Both the position numbers and the translations under genes were made by a program. Below, piece after piece: positions 9,725 to 19,399 of a stretch of DNA of 64,000 nt (position 1 is its first letter; each line of letters starts with the position of its first letter). The notes under the pieces were generated by a model. It worked only from the letters and a program-made list of their open reading frames with translations. It made no database searches and was not told where the DNA came from. Origin of the DNA: Coleofasciculus sp. B1-GNL1-01 (lineage in GTDB: Bacteria; Cyanobacteriota; Cyanobacteriia; Cyanobacteriales; Coleofasciculaceae); NCBI GenBank assembly GCA_040220235.1, contig JAVJTO010000092.1; one strand, written 5' to 3'.

Positions 9725-10588
9725 TTACGTCACGATGATGAAGAACAAGCGTCCCCCAATATCTTGAGGAATCCCCGCCTCAATTTGTTCTGGAGTATAG
9801 GTTCTCACTTCTTGCAACGCGCTGAGTTCTATCTTATCTTGCCGTTCTAGGCGATAGAGTGCCTGATCTAATTCTTCCCTGGATAGGGGCGGTTGTAACT
9901 TATCCCGCAAATAAAAAATCGGCAAATAGTTGTCTGTCCCCAATTGCCGATCTAAATCTTGAATGATCTGTAAAATCTCTTCATCACTGGAGACGCGCCA
10001 TAGTACGTCTCTACCTGGCTGGCTTGTCAATGCGGCTGTCGCTGGCGTCGGCGACGTGGTAACAGCTTGTAATTCTCGGGGCAGAAATTTCCGTAGAAAG
10101 CGCAGGTAATCTGCCAACATTGCTTTAGTCATCGTGAGATTTCCCGCACCCAGAGGCATATATTCCTCCCGCAGATACTCCTTCCCCGGTTCCGTCAGCC
10201 AAACTTCTTTAATTTGCGTCTGTACTGGCTCAATAAACCCCCGATGTGCCAAACTGTCGATGAGTGCTTGTCGGGTTTTAGCCGGGGTGATCTTGGTTTG
10301 GCCGGGAGTAATCGCGCCCTTCTGGCAAGCTTGGAGTATTTTCAACTCTTGCGGGGTTACAGGTAATCCCGCCGGATCTAATTTCAGTAGGGATTCTCCT
10401 GCTGGGGAAATCTTCAGCTTTTGAATCTCCTCACTATAGCCAACCAAATCCCGTTCCCGTAGCTGACGGCAAATGCGATCGCGTTCTGAGGCTGACGTTT
10501 TAGAATTTGGCTTAAGTTCTGTAATCGAGGCTCGATAATCTGGTTTTCCCAATAGTTTCAACAGAAACTTTAGTTCTTTAACGTCCAT
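9725..10588 (-). CDS. rcaD: RcaD-like putative DNA-binding (winged-helix repeat) protein
   Basis: ELKFLLKLLG start, EVWLTEPG, and C-terminal NYLPIFYLRDKLQPPLSREELDQALYRL..GIPQDIGGRLFFI resemble cyanobacterial proteins annotated RcaD (recalled, not searched). Confidence 0.65.
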   Translation of the reverse strand: MDVKELKFLLKLLGKPDYRASITELKPNSKTSASERDRICRQLRERDLVGYSEEIQKLKISPAGESLLKLDPAGLPVTPQELKILQACQKGAITPGQTKITPAKTRQALIDSLAHRGFIEPVQTQIKEVWLTEPGKEYLREEYMPLGAGNLTMTKAMLADYLRFLRKFLPRELQAVTTSPTPATAALTSQPGRDVLWRVSSDEEILQIIQDLDRQLGTDNYLPIFYLRDKLQPPLSREELDQALYRLERQDKIELSALQEVRTYTPEQIEAGIPQDIGGRLFFIIVT

Positions 10589-10795
10589 AACATCAACCTT
10601 ATTTAATTCGCTTCCCCAATTCTAGAGAGTAAGATGCTCCCATGACCAATGTTTTGGCATACTTACCCCAAACCGACTCAACAGCCAACAGCACGACTGC
10701 ATCGGCAACAGAGACAATTCCATCCTAGCTTCATAAGATTAGGTTGGTAGTCAGCACTTGAGGGATAGCAGCGCTGAAGCGCTTACTACAAACAT

Positions 10796-11782
10796 TCAAC
10801 CCGCTTCTCGCACCTGATCGGTATAATCTTTGGGACGCATTTGACGAAACGCCTGCAACGCCGCTTGCCGTAAACTGAGGGGTAAATAGGATAAGATTAC
10901 TCCCAATTGCGCTTTCCGAGAACTACCAATAATCTCCGCTACATCTTGCAACATTTGGCGTCCCTGAACTGTATCCCCATTTTCAATTAACCGTAACCCC
11001 AAAGCTTCTTTAGTCCAGGCTAATTTTTGTATCCGTAGTTTCTCTAATTCCTGATCGGGAAATCGATAACTATCAATACAAAATACCTTTGCCTTCAAAA
11101 AATGCAGATTCTGTCTTAAACTCGTCTGTCCCCCGTGAAACCGATACTCCATCAAATACTCTGGCAAAAAATACCCCTGCTTAAGCGCGATCGCTAATCG
11201 TACCAGTAAATCAAAATCCTCGCAGCCATCGGCTTCTGGGCGCATATAGTCAACATCCTGCAAACAGGCGCGACGAAACAAGGTTGAACCCACCTGCAAA
11301 CTTTGATATTGAAATGTTTGCCGCATTAAATCAGGAATTATACCCTGCTCCAGCTTATCCTTACCCCACTTCACCGCATTTTCTTTCGTCGCCGACTCCA
11401 CGCGATTGCCGTTTTTATCAATAACCCAGTGATTCGTACAGACAAAATCAACACTGGGTTCCGCCTCTAATACTGCCACTGTTTTTTCTAAGAATTCTGG
11501 CGTTAGGGCATCATCATCATCAAATTTGATAAAATAGTTTCCCTGGGCTGCATCAAATCCAGAGCGCATATTTTTACTGCGTCCAATATTTTTAGGATGG
11601 CGGATATAGCGAATGCGGGAATCATCCCCCTGATTGACAACCGTAGGCGTCTCATCAGTTGAACCATCATCGCAAATAATTAACTCAAAATCTTTATACG
11701 TCTGACTCAGAACACTGTTAACTGACTCAACTAGATAGTTGGCACGGTTGTAGGTGGGAATACAAACACTAACTTTAGACAT
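10796..11782 (-). CDS. Glycosyltransferase family 2
   Basis: VSVCIPTYNRA, DDGSTD, FDDDD, EDFDL. Confidence 0.9.
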   Translation of the reverse strand: MSKVSVCIPTYNRANYLVESVNSVLSQTYKDFELIICDDGSTDETPTVVNQGDDSRIRYIRHPKNIGRSKNMRSGFDAAQGNYFIKFDDDDALTPEFLEKTVAVLEAEPSVDFVCTNHWVIDKNGNRVESATKENAVKWGKDKLEQGIIPDLMRQTFQYQSLQVGSTLFRRACLQDVDYMRPEADGCEDFDLLVRLAIALKQGYFLPEYLMEYRFHGGQTSLRQNLHFLKAKVFCIDSYRFPDQELEKLRIQKLAWTKEALGLRLIENGDTVQGRQMLQDVAEIIGSSRKAQLGVILSYLPLSLRQAALQAFRQMRPKDYTDQVREAG

Positions 11783-12047
11783 GATACACTAGCAAAGGAC
11801 ACAGTTAATGACGAATAATTGTCTAAATTTTAACAATCAAATCAGGCTAGGTGAGAATTCCAGTGCTTTACCTCCTACTGGGTGCGGTAGACACACAACG
11901 GGTTACACTCTTTTTGTAGCCAAATTCCGGTATAATTTTATCGAGTTGAGCAATAAATTCTTCAATCAAACTGCAATAGTTTGGACTCACATTAGCCTCA
12001 ATGCGATTCAGCCTAAAATATGAAAGGGTTATACAAGGAGGTATAAT

Positions 12048-13286
12048 TTGGCGATCGCTCCCTCGATTCGGACTCTCTTCATTACTAAGGAAGTGCCGTA
12101 CCCACCCAAGGGTGGAGTATCTCTCCGGAACTGGCAAAACATCAACATCATGATCAAGTTTGGTCGGGTTGCCGTTTTCTCCGCTTCCAACTGGACTCCT
12201 AAGCACTCCTCTCTACCCGGTGTTGTCCTATGGCAGCATACTAATGTTGCTACACAACGTTCAGGGTGGGAAAATCGAGAACGTCGGTTGTGGTGGCTGC
12301 GCCGCCGCAGACATCCAGATGCGGATTGGGCTTATTCCCACAAGGCGGCTCAGGAATTAGATGAACTCTTAACCAAATTCCAGCCTGATCTGGTAATCTT
12401 TGAGGAGGTGTGGCTGTATCCCTACCTGAGTGTGGTCAAGCGTCATCAATGTCGGATTATTTTTGATGAGCATAACATAGAGGCACAGCTTTTCCAGCAG
12501 AAATATCCTTCATTTCAGGGTCTCAGATCACGGGCGAAAGCGACTATTCAGCTTTCCCATCTCACGTCCATTGAGGGCGACTTCGTCCGTCAAGCTAACC
12601 AAGTTTGGGTATGTAGTGATGATGACGCTTGCCTAATCAATAACTTTTACGGAGCGGTATCCAATACTAAAGTTGTACCCAATGGGATGAATGTGGCACA
12701 GTATGACCCGGTGCGCTTGGATCAATGCCCCCCTCCCAGTGGATTAGAAGATACTCGCCGAACCTTATTATTTGTGGGTTTACTCTCCTACGCACCCAAC
12801 ACCGAGGCGGCAGAATTACTCATAGACCAAATCTATCCTCGGTTACGAGAGATTGACTCGGACTGTCGTCTCCTGTTGGTCGGACGCAATCCGAATCAGA
12901 AGATGCAGGAAGCTGCCCAGCGAGAACCTGGGATCATCGTCACAGGAGGGGTTCGAGATGTACTGCCTTATCTAGCTGCTGCTAGCATTGTGATTGTGCC
13001 ACTGCTTCAGGGGGGAGGCACTCGTCTGAAAATCCTAGAAGCTTTTGCTGCTGGTTGTCCAGTCATCAGTACGGCTAAGGGGGCTGAGGGGTTGAAAGCT
13101 AAGGATGGAGAACATTTGCTGATTCGGAATGAAATTGACGCGATCGTCGAGGGTGTGTATCAACTCTGGTCAGAGCCTACCTTGGGTGAAAAACTGGCTC
13201 GTTCTGCCTATGAGTTAGTCAAGTCAGAATACTCCTGGGAAGCGGTTGGGAGAAAGGTAGATCAGGTTATTCAAGAGTTATTTTGA
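12048..13286 (+). CDS. Glycosyltransferase family 4
   Basis: VVPNG, GGTRLKILEAFAAGCPVIST, YSWE. Confidence 0.9.
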   Translation: MAIAPSIRTLFITKEVPYPPKGGVSLRNWQNINIMIKFGRVAVFSASNWTPKHSSLPGVVLWQHTNVATQRSGWENRERRLWWLRRRRHPDADWAYSHKAAQELDELLTKFQPDLVIFEEVWLYPYLSVVKRHQCRIIFDEHNIEAQLFQQKYPSFQGLRSRAKATIQLSHLTSIEGDFVRQANQVWVCSDDDACLINNFYGAVSNTKVVPNGMNVAQYDPVRLDQCPPPSGLEDTRRTLLFVGLLSYAPNTEAAELLIDQIYPRLREIDSDCRLLLVGRNPNQKMQEAAQREPGIIVTGGVRDVLPYLAAASIVIVPLLQGGGTRLKILEAFAAGCPVISTAKGAEGLKAKDGEHLLIRNEIDAIVEGVYQLWSEPTLGEKLARSAYELVKSEYSWEAVGRKVDQVIQELF

Positions 13287-13373
13287 AGGCAAAAGATTAA
13301 ATTAAGCAATATGCTAAATAGCATTATTGACTTTATAATCCTCAAAGACTAACTTGAAAAGACGCTGTACTCT

Positions 13374-14627
13374 TTACACAAAGTTGGCGCGTGCCAGTTC
13401 TTGAATTTTAGGTAATTTCGCTTGAATTTGCTGGCAAATATATTTTCTATTTTCAATCAGGGGAATCAAAAATTTAACTAACTTATTTGACTGAAGAGCT
13501 TGTTGTGGCTCAATCATCATACCTTCTAGCTCAAAATGCTTAAACAAACCTTCAAATTTTCCCTGATATGTAATACAGCCTACGGGTGTTTGTTGACCTA
13601 AACAAGCGATAGAAAGGTGAAATTTACCACTTAGAACCAGATCAAGCTTACCAACTATAGCTTTGATATTAGCTGCTGTGCAAGTTGCGCTTATTTTTCG
13701 AGAATGAAACTGGATTTCGGCAGGAAGTGCCTTGAAAATTGCCTCAATTATGGCAAGGTCACTGAACTTGTTTTTGTAAGTCCGAAAATCGTGAGGAATT
13801 AAAACAAAACTAATTGTTTGGTTTTTTGAATACAGTTCTACTAAGGTATCGACATAGATTCTAACAAGCTGCTCAAAGGTTTGAATACCAGCCCCTTCAG
13901 TGAGTTGGTTGTAAGGATTGAAGCCTATTACAATACGACCATTGTTTTGTTGGTGAGCAATCCACTCCCAAATTTCGGAAACAGTCTCGGACTCTACAGA
14001 AGGAGGCAGCAGAAATGCTACATCTGCTACAAGTTCAATGGCTCTATCTGTATGTTTAACCAATCGTTCTTGGGAAATTTGGTCTCTCGCACATAATTTG
14101 ACATTGGATGGCAATTTCCGTAAACTTTGCACAGAATCGGGTGTTGGTTTTTCATTAAAACTGAACCCAATAACAGTTGTATCAAGTCCTATTGACGCGG
14201 CGACTGAAATAATAGTCAGCATTTTAGACGTAGCTGGAGGATAATAATAACCATCCATCATGTCAGCACCAAGGCAATAAAATTGCTCATATCTGCCAAT
14301 AATAGGAACAAGACGGAATAAAGCTTTCCAGGAACGCCATGAACCATAAGAGAAATAGTCTTTCATTTCAATAACTTCATTGACTGAATGTAAGCCTCCC
14401 CACTGGCGATCAGGATTGTAAGAGATTAAACCAATATGGTTTACACCTTTTTGCTGAAGATAATTGACTGTTGCAGCCACCAAAGCTTCATCGCCTAGAT
14501 TACCCGGTGCTGCTGCGGGTAACACAAGAGCAGATGACTCCACGCTTTGAAGGAGTCCCACAGTTCGCATTAGGCGAAAAACAGTGGTGTAAATTGTTAG
14601 TAACCAGGAGACGATTAGTCGTTTCAT
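13374..14627 (-). CDS. Polysaccharide pyruvyl transferase family protein
   Basis: GNLGDEAL, ARDQIS, ADVAFLL, SGKFHLSIACL..YQGK. Confidence 0.8.
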   Translation of the reverse strand: MKRLIVSWLLTIYTTVFRLMRTVGLLQSVESSALVLPAAAPGNLGDEALVAATVNYLQQKGVNHIGLISYNPDRQWGGLHSVNEVIEMKDYFSYGSWRSWKALFRLVPIIGRYEQFYCLGADMMDGYYYPPATSKMLTIISVAASIGLDTTVIGFSFNEKPTPDSVQSLRKLPSNVKLCARDQISQERLVKHTDRAIELVADVAFLLPPSVESETVSEIWEWIAHQQNNGRIVIGFNPYNQLTEGAGIQTFEQLVRIYVDTLVELYSKNQTISFVLIPHDFRTYKNKFSDLAIIEAIFKALPAEIQFHSRKISATCTAANIKAIVGKLDLVLSGKFHLSIACLGQQTPVGCITYQGKFEGLFKHFELEGMMIEPQQALQSNKLVKFLIPLIENRKYICQQIQAKLPKIQELARANFV

Positions 14628-14648
14628 AAATAAAATAATCCAACTTTT

Positions 14649-15536
14649 TTAATGTCTATCTAAATTTCCCCACCATTTAGGATCTGATTCATATCCTAGT
14701 TTTAGGAGAACCTCATTATAATTGTCTTTAAAAAACTCTATATGCTCTTGCTTGAAATGATTTTTCCAGTCTCCAAATACTCCTTTTCTATAGTGACTCT
14801 TAGCATTTTCGTCGCCGATTTTCCTGCCTTTTGCGAGTATCGAAAATTCATTTTTAAATACTATTCCCAATAATCTTTCTGCTGGAATACTATCCATGCT
14901 GAATTGAAATGGAATAAAATAATATTTTTTGTACTTTTTATTTAGTTTGTTAATTATTATATTTGATAGCTGAAACAAATAATATTTAAATCCAGCATTT
15001 TTATTTAAAACTCCTAAAAAATCAAAAATATTAAGGAAATTTTTATAAGGATTACTTGCAAGATATTCCATTTTTATTTCTAAGATGTTTGGCATATTAT
15101 AGTTCCAATTATACATTTCCTCAAGGAAACGCTTACTGAATTTCATCTCTAAAATTATACCTTCATCTTTAGGTAATTCTTTTAGCTGTCTCCGGTGTTC
15201 TTTAAGTTCTGGCCAATGCTTAGTTATTGGATGACTGTAAAGATGGGAAAAATATGCAGAAGTGATTAAGTCTCGCGGATCTCTTATCACATGAAATCCT
15301 TTAAAATTTTCCAGAGCAGATACATAGAGAAAGTCTGCATTTGTATAACAAAGGAAATCTACATTTTCTAAAGTTGCAAACTCCTTCAGATTATGATTAA
15401 ACATATTGGCATTAGAGACATAGGATGTCTTCCAGCCCAGATTATTACAAACATCTACAATTATAGAATTGATCCAGGTACTAGCTGCTTTGTGATGTCC
15501 AAAATAAGCTAGTAGATGATTTTTGTTCCTTGTCAT
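14649..15536 (-). CDS. Sulfotransferase-domain protein
   Basis: 5'-PSB-like HHKAASTW, 3'-PB IRDPRDLITSAY, C-terminal YRKGVFGDWKNHF; visibly AT-rich. Confidence 0.8.
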   Translation of the reverse strand: MTRNKNHLLAYFGHHKAASTWINSIIVDVCNNLGWKTSYVSNANMFNHNLKEFATLENVDFLCYTNADFLYVSALENFKGFHVIRDPRDLITSAYFSHLYSHPITKHWPELKEHRRQLKELPKDEGIILEMKFSKRFLEEMYNWNYNMPNILEIKMEYLASNPYKNFLNIFDFLGVLNKNAGFKYYLFQLSNIIINKLNKKYKKYYFIPFQFSMDSIPAERLLGIVFKNEFSILAKGRKIGDENAKSHYRKGVFGDWKNHFKQEHIEFFKDNYNEVLLKLGYESDPKWWGNLDRH

Positions 15537-15583
15537 TCTTGAACTCCTTTAATTACTATAAATTGCTTAATACAAACTACTAG

Positions 15584-17044
15584 CTATGAGCTAAACCTTC
15601 CCAGCAGATCCATCAATACCTGCTTAACACGTTGCGCTACTTGCATCCATTTAGGTAGCTTATAGGATGCTCGATATGCCTCAACTAAAGGTTCTATCTT
15701 CTTTACGAATAAGGAAAAGTCACGAGCTTCTACTGCTTCTTTGAAGGCAATATGACTTTGTTCGGCTAACAAAACACGGAATTTTTGCCCCTTGTTAAAC
15801 AAAGGTCTGGAACGGTCAATCCTAGGCTGAACACGCTTCGGAGGAAACCATTCACCTCTACGCTTAGTCATGAGGAGACGATATGCTAACCCATCCCGCC
15901 GATGACGGAATCCTGATTCCTGCGAACGAGCTACTTCTTCAGCATCTATGTAATCAAGCTTTAACTTGCTAGTCGCCATCCCTTGTTCCAATAACTCACG
16001 GATTTTCGGGTGGCGGACAATTACTACGTTTGTACCTTGGCTGTCCCGAACATATTGAGGCAACCAAGCATCACCAACACTAACATCTGCTGCTTCAGCA
16101 ACCACATCATCACAATAATCGCAGGCTTTGTACTTAAAAAAGCCTAGCCCCCAATCTTTACCGTAAAGTTGATCAACTGGACTGGTTTGAGTGATTACCT
16201 GACCCTCTTTTAGTCCCACTACCTCAATTCCATAGCTATTAGCATTTCTACCGGGTATCTTCTTACGGAAGTCGAACTCTAGAATGTTACCGGGTTCAAT
16301 GCCACACTGCCATGCAAACATATCAGCAAACCGCCTACTCTTGAGATGACCACAAACTAGCCCGACACAAAACTTGATCCGTTCCGCTAATATAGCATCC
16401 TGACGCATCAGGAGACGAACCGCTTTAAGAAAACAGGGTATCCCGACAATGGCATAGCGTCCTGGTTGTTCTCGGACTTGCCGAATAACTTCAGACATTT
16501 CGATAGGATAGTAGCGAGACTTTGCCCCCCGTTTCACCTGTTCGATTGTCGTGGATATTTGGTAGTGGAATAGCCTAGAATCATCCTCAGAAGGGTGACG
16601 AGGTTGGACGTGAATCACTCGATCAACTAAACCTTCCAGCATCAGGTTAGTCACAATCCAGGTACCCATTCCACCCGAACTGCCGCGATCGCGAAAATTT
16701 CCCTCAGACACGAAACCTGCATAGGTAGCTTGATAATAGCCGATTTTGTTGTGGTCTTGACAGTCTTTGCCAAACAGTTCCTGACCTATCTGATCTTCGT
16801 TTTGTGAGCGACTTGAGAATGGGCATACAGCCTCCACGGGAAGCTCCAAGGACGACTGTTCAGCTAATGGATTAATAGTAGCAGTAAACTTGCCGTATTC
16901 GTCCATCTGCATCTGAATTGGAGATTCGCTGACTGCAGCGCATGCACCGCAGCCTATGCAATAGCCGCCCTTGACTACAGTCTTAAAGAGATTTCCTAGT
17001 TGTGAGTTTTCATTAAGGACAGTGATGTTCGCCGAGCTACTCAT
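15584..17044 (-). CDS. Coenzyme F420 hydrogenase/dehydrogenase beta-subunit (FrhB)-like Fe-S protein
   Basis: CIGCGAC, VCP, SSGG, SRYYP, VGIPC, GLVCGH, ACDYCDD, DVSVGDAW. Confidence 0.85.
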   Translation of the reverse strand: MSSSANITVLNENSQLGNLFKTVVKGGYCIGCGACAAVSESPIQMQMDEYGKFTATINPLAEQSSLELPVEAVCPFSSRSQNEDQIGQELFGKDCQDHNKIGYYQATYAGFVSEGNFRDRGSSGGMGTWIVTNLMLEGLVDRVIHVQPRHPSEDDSRLFHYQISTTIEQVKRGAKSRYYPIEMSEVIRQVREQPGRYAIVGIPCFLKAVRLLMRQDAILAERIKFCVGLVCGHLKSRRFADMFAWQCGIEPGNILEFDFRKKIPGRNANSYGIEVVGLKEGQVITQTSPVDQLYGKDWGLGFFKYKACDYCDDVVAEAADVSVGDAWLPQYVRDSQGTNVVIVRHPKIRELLEQGMATSKLKLDYIDAEEVARSQESGFRHRRDGLAYRLLMTKRRGEWFPPKRVQPRIDRSRPLFNKGQKFRVLLAEQSHIAFKEAVEARDFSLFVKKIEPLVEAYRASYKLPKWMQVAQRVKQVLMDLLGRFSS

Positions 17045-17072
17045 AATTAATAACTAATGATAATACACCAAA

Positions 17073-18086
17073 TCAACTAACAGATATTTTCTTGACTTTT
17101 TGGACAAATTTTTGTAAATTTCGGTTGGTCTTTACGAATAAGCTGGGTGATTTTAGTTGCTTAGGTTTCTGATCGGGTTGTTTCATGAAGCGATAACATA
17201 AAAATATATCTTTGTAACGAATATCAACATCTTCTCCTTTACATAACTGGGCGAAATCCTTAGACGAGTAGTTCATGTAGTGAATGCGATGAATCGGCTT
17301 TAATCCCTGCTCATTATAGAGAACCTGATCAATATTCACGAAGGGATCGGCATCCGCACAATTACCCGTGCGGTCTTGCCCGTTGGGGCTGAGAGTAAAG
17401 TTATATAAGGGGTGATCGCACCGAAGCGTCATATAATTAAACAAAAATGCATCATCCCACCAACGAGATACCCAAGCTATTTCTTCCCGTTCAATAAGCT
17501 GCTCTTTCAAAATTGATAGTTCTTGTTCATCAAAAATTCCTTGTTTTGAACCAAAAAAGCTAGAACAATGCAGTTTTGGTCGGATCTGTTCTTCTGTATA
17601 AATACCACTTTTTTCAATTAGAGGAATATTCAGTGCCGCCGTATCCACCGATTTCTTGTGTTCCCAATCATCAAACACAAAGTCATAGGCGTCTAACTTT
17701 TCCAATACATCCTCCACCGACTTCATGGCTAGACTATCAGCATCGTAAAAGACAAACGTTTCAAACTGCCCATCAAAAGCCGTAAACCTTCTATGATGAC
17801 CTTTGCCCCAGGGGGGACGAGTAATCGCCTTCTTTTTGGCGGCTGGATGAGCTGCCCAAACCTGTGTGGCAAAGTCTTCCCAGCGTTGAATTGATTCCCT
17901 GTTATCAAACAGTGTGACATTGGCTCTGGAATCAACTTCCGGCTTTACTCGTTCGAGTCGTTCGTCATAGGGAATTACACAAACTGGAATGTCAGGACTG
18001 ACATTCACCTCAATGCTGTTGAGTAAGGCAACGAGTTGGTCATAAACTGCATCATTAGCTAGGGTATAAATACCAAAGGATGACAT
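17073..18086 (-). CDS. Npun_R2821/R2822-like nucleotide-diphospho-sugar transferase
   Basis: GIYTLANDAVYDQLVALLNSIE start, DxD motif YDADSL, IHYM. Confidence 0.7.
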   Translation of the reverse strand: MSSFGIYTLANDAVYDQLVALLNSIEVNVSPDIPVCVIPYDERLERVKPEVDSRANVTLFDNRESIQRWEDFATQVWAAHPAAKKKAITRPPWGKGHHRRFTAFDGQFETFVFYDADSLAMKSVEDVLEKLDAYDFVFDDWEHKKSVDTAALNIPLIEKSGIYTEEQIRPKLHCSSFFGSKQGIFDEQELSILKEQLIEREEIAWVSRWWDDAFLFNYMTLRCDHPLYNFTLSPNGQDRTGNCADADPFVNIDQVLYNEQGLKPIHRIHYMNYSSKDFAQLCKGEDVDIRYKDIFLCYRFMKQPDQKPKQLKSPSLFVKTNRNLQKFVQKVKKISVS

Positions 18087-18240
18087 AGAGAAAAGTCCTC
18101 ACTGTAGCAGTTTCCCAATAGCTTAACCCATTTTTGGGAAGCGTGGTTGATGTCGAATCCACTTAGAAGTAGTCCAGGCAGTGCTAGGAACCGATCTGAG
18201 TCGATACTGGTATAGTTGGACACTAATTCTTGATAAAAGT

Positions 18241-19218
18241 ATGAACCCCGATCGCACTCCCGATAGTCAACCCTACCCCTCTGTCCCCAAGGTATCCGTC
18301 GTTGTCCCCATCTATAACGGTATAGCCGACATACCCGACTTAATCCAGTGTCTCTTCTGTCAAACATACCCCAAGGATCAGGTAGAATACCTACTCGTAG
18401 ACAATAATAGCCGCGATCGCACTCCTGACATCCTGCAACAAGCGGCTCAAGACGCCAAATCTCAAGGCATCACGCTTCACCCCCTCACCGAAAACCAGAT
18501 TCAAAGTTCCTACGCCGCCCGCAATACAGGCATCAAAGCATCCACTGGTGAAATTCTAGCCTTCACCGATGCCGATTGTCGCCCCATTCCCCAATGGTTG
18601 AGTCTCTTGGTTCAACCCTTTGCCAATCCCAAAATCGGATTAGTTGTCGGTGAAATTTCTGCTCTACCCGGTAAAACGCTGCTAGAAAAACACGCAGAAC
18701 GTCAAGGAACCTTAACCCAAAAACATACGATAGAACACCCCTTTTGTCCTTACGGTCAAACCGCTAATTTAGCAATTCGTCGCCAAGCCTTACAAGAGGT
18801 AGGCTTGTTCCGTCCCTACATGACTACCGGAGGAGACGCTGATATTTGTTGGCGAATTCAACGCCAGACTCAATGGCAACTCGACTTTGCCGAAACAGCC
18901 ATTGTTCAACACCGCCACCGTGCTAACTTACAGGAATTCCGCAGCCAATGGCAACGCTATGGACGCTCAAACAAATACTTACATGAACTGCACGGCGTCG
19001 AATTACAACCCAAATTAACCGCCAAGAAAACCTTCTATTTGCTCAGTCGTTGGTTGCTGAAAGAATTTCCAATAACCAGCGGACAAATTTTTACTGGAAA
19101 AGCATCTTTTGTTGATATAATCAAGACTCCCGTTAATCTGTACGGTGCTTGGTATCGTGACTTAGGGCAACACAAAACTCAACTTGATGAAAAAGCGAAT
19201 AAAATTGATTGGTTGTAA
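18241..19218 (+). CDS. Glycosyltransferase family 2
   Basis: VSVVVPIYNG, VDNNSRD, FTDADC, GGDAD, QWQRY; ATG at 18241 preferred over GTG at 18181. Confidence 0.9.
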   Translation: MNPDRTPDSQPYPSVPKVSVVVPIYNGIADIPDLIQCLFCQTYPKDQVEYLLVDNNSRDRTPDILQQAAQDAKSQGITLHPLTENQIQSSYAARNTGIKASTGEILAFTDADCRPIPQWLSLLVQPFANPKIGLVVGEISALPGKTLLEKHAERQGTLTQKHTIEHPFCPYGQTANLAIRRQALQEVGLFRPYMTTGGDADICWRIQRQTQWQLDFAETAIVQHRHRANLQEFRSQWQRYGRSNKYLHELHGVELQPKLTAKKTFYLLSRWLLKEFPITSGQIFTGKASFVDIIKTPVNLYGAWYRDLGQHKTQLDEKANKIDWL

Positions 19219-19242
19219 AAGATTTTTTTTATTTTGAAGGGT

Positions 19243-19302
19243 GTAGGGGCAGGTTTGACCATTATCGTTACTTGCCACCCAGATGTGACTAAACCCGCCC
19301 CC
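19243..19302 (+). repeat. GTAG-type REP element, family A
   Basis: GTAGGGGCAGGTTT..AAACCCGCCCC. Confidence 0.75.
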
Positions 19303-19399
19303 TCTGAATGACAGCGTAACGCCGATTTGCCGATTCATTTGATTCTTGTGTTACAACAGAGCTGGTTAGACTCCCTAGCGACGACTCACCCTGACAGTT

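Noticed and set aside
11868..12206. 112-aa minus-strand ORF and the many other short ORFs overlapping larger genes
   Set aside because: Antisense or alternate-frame shadows of well-supported CDSs, without motifs
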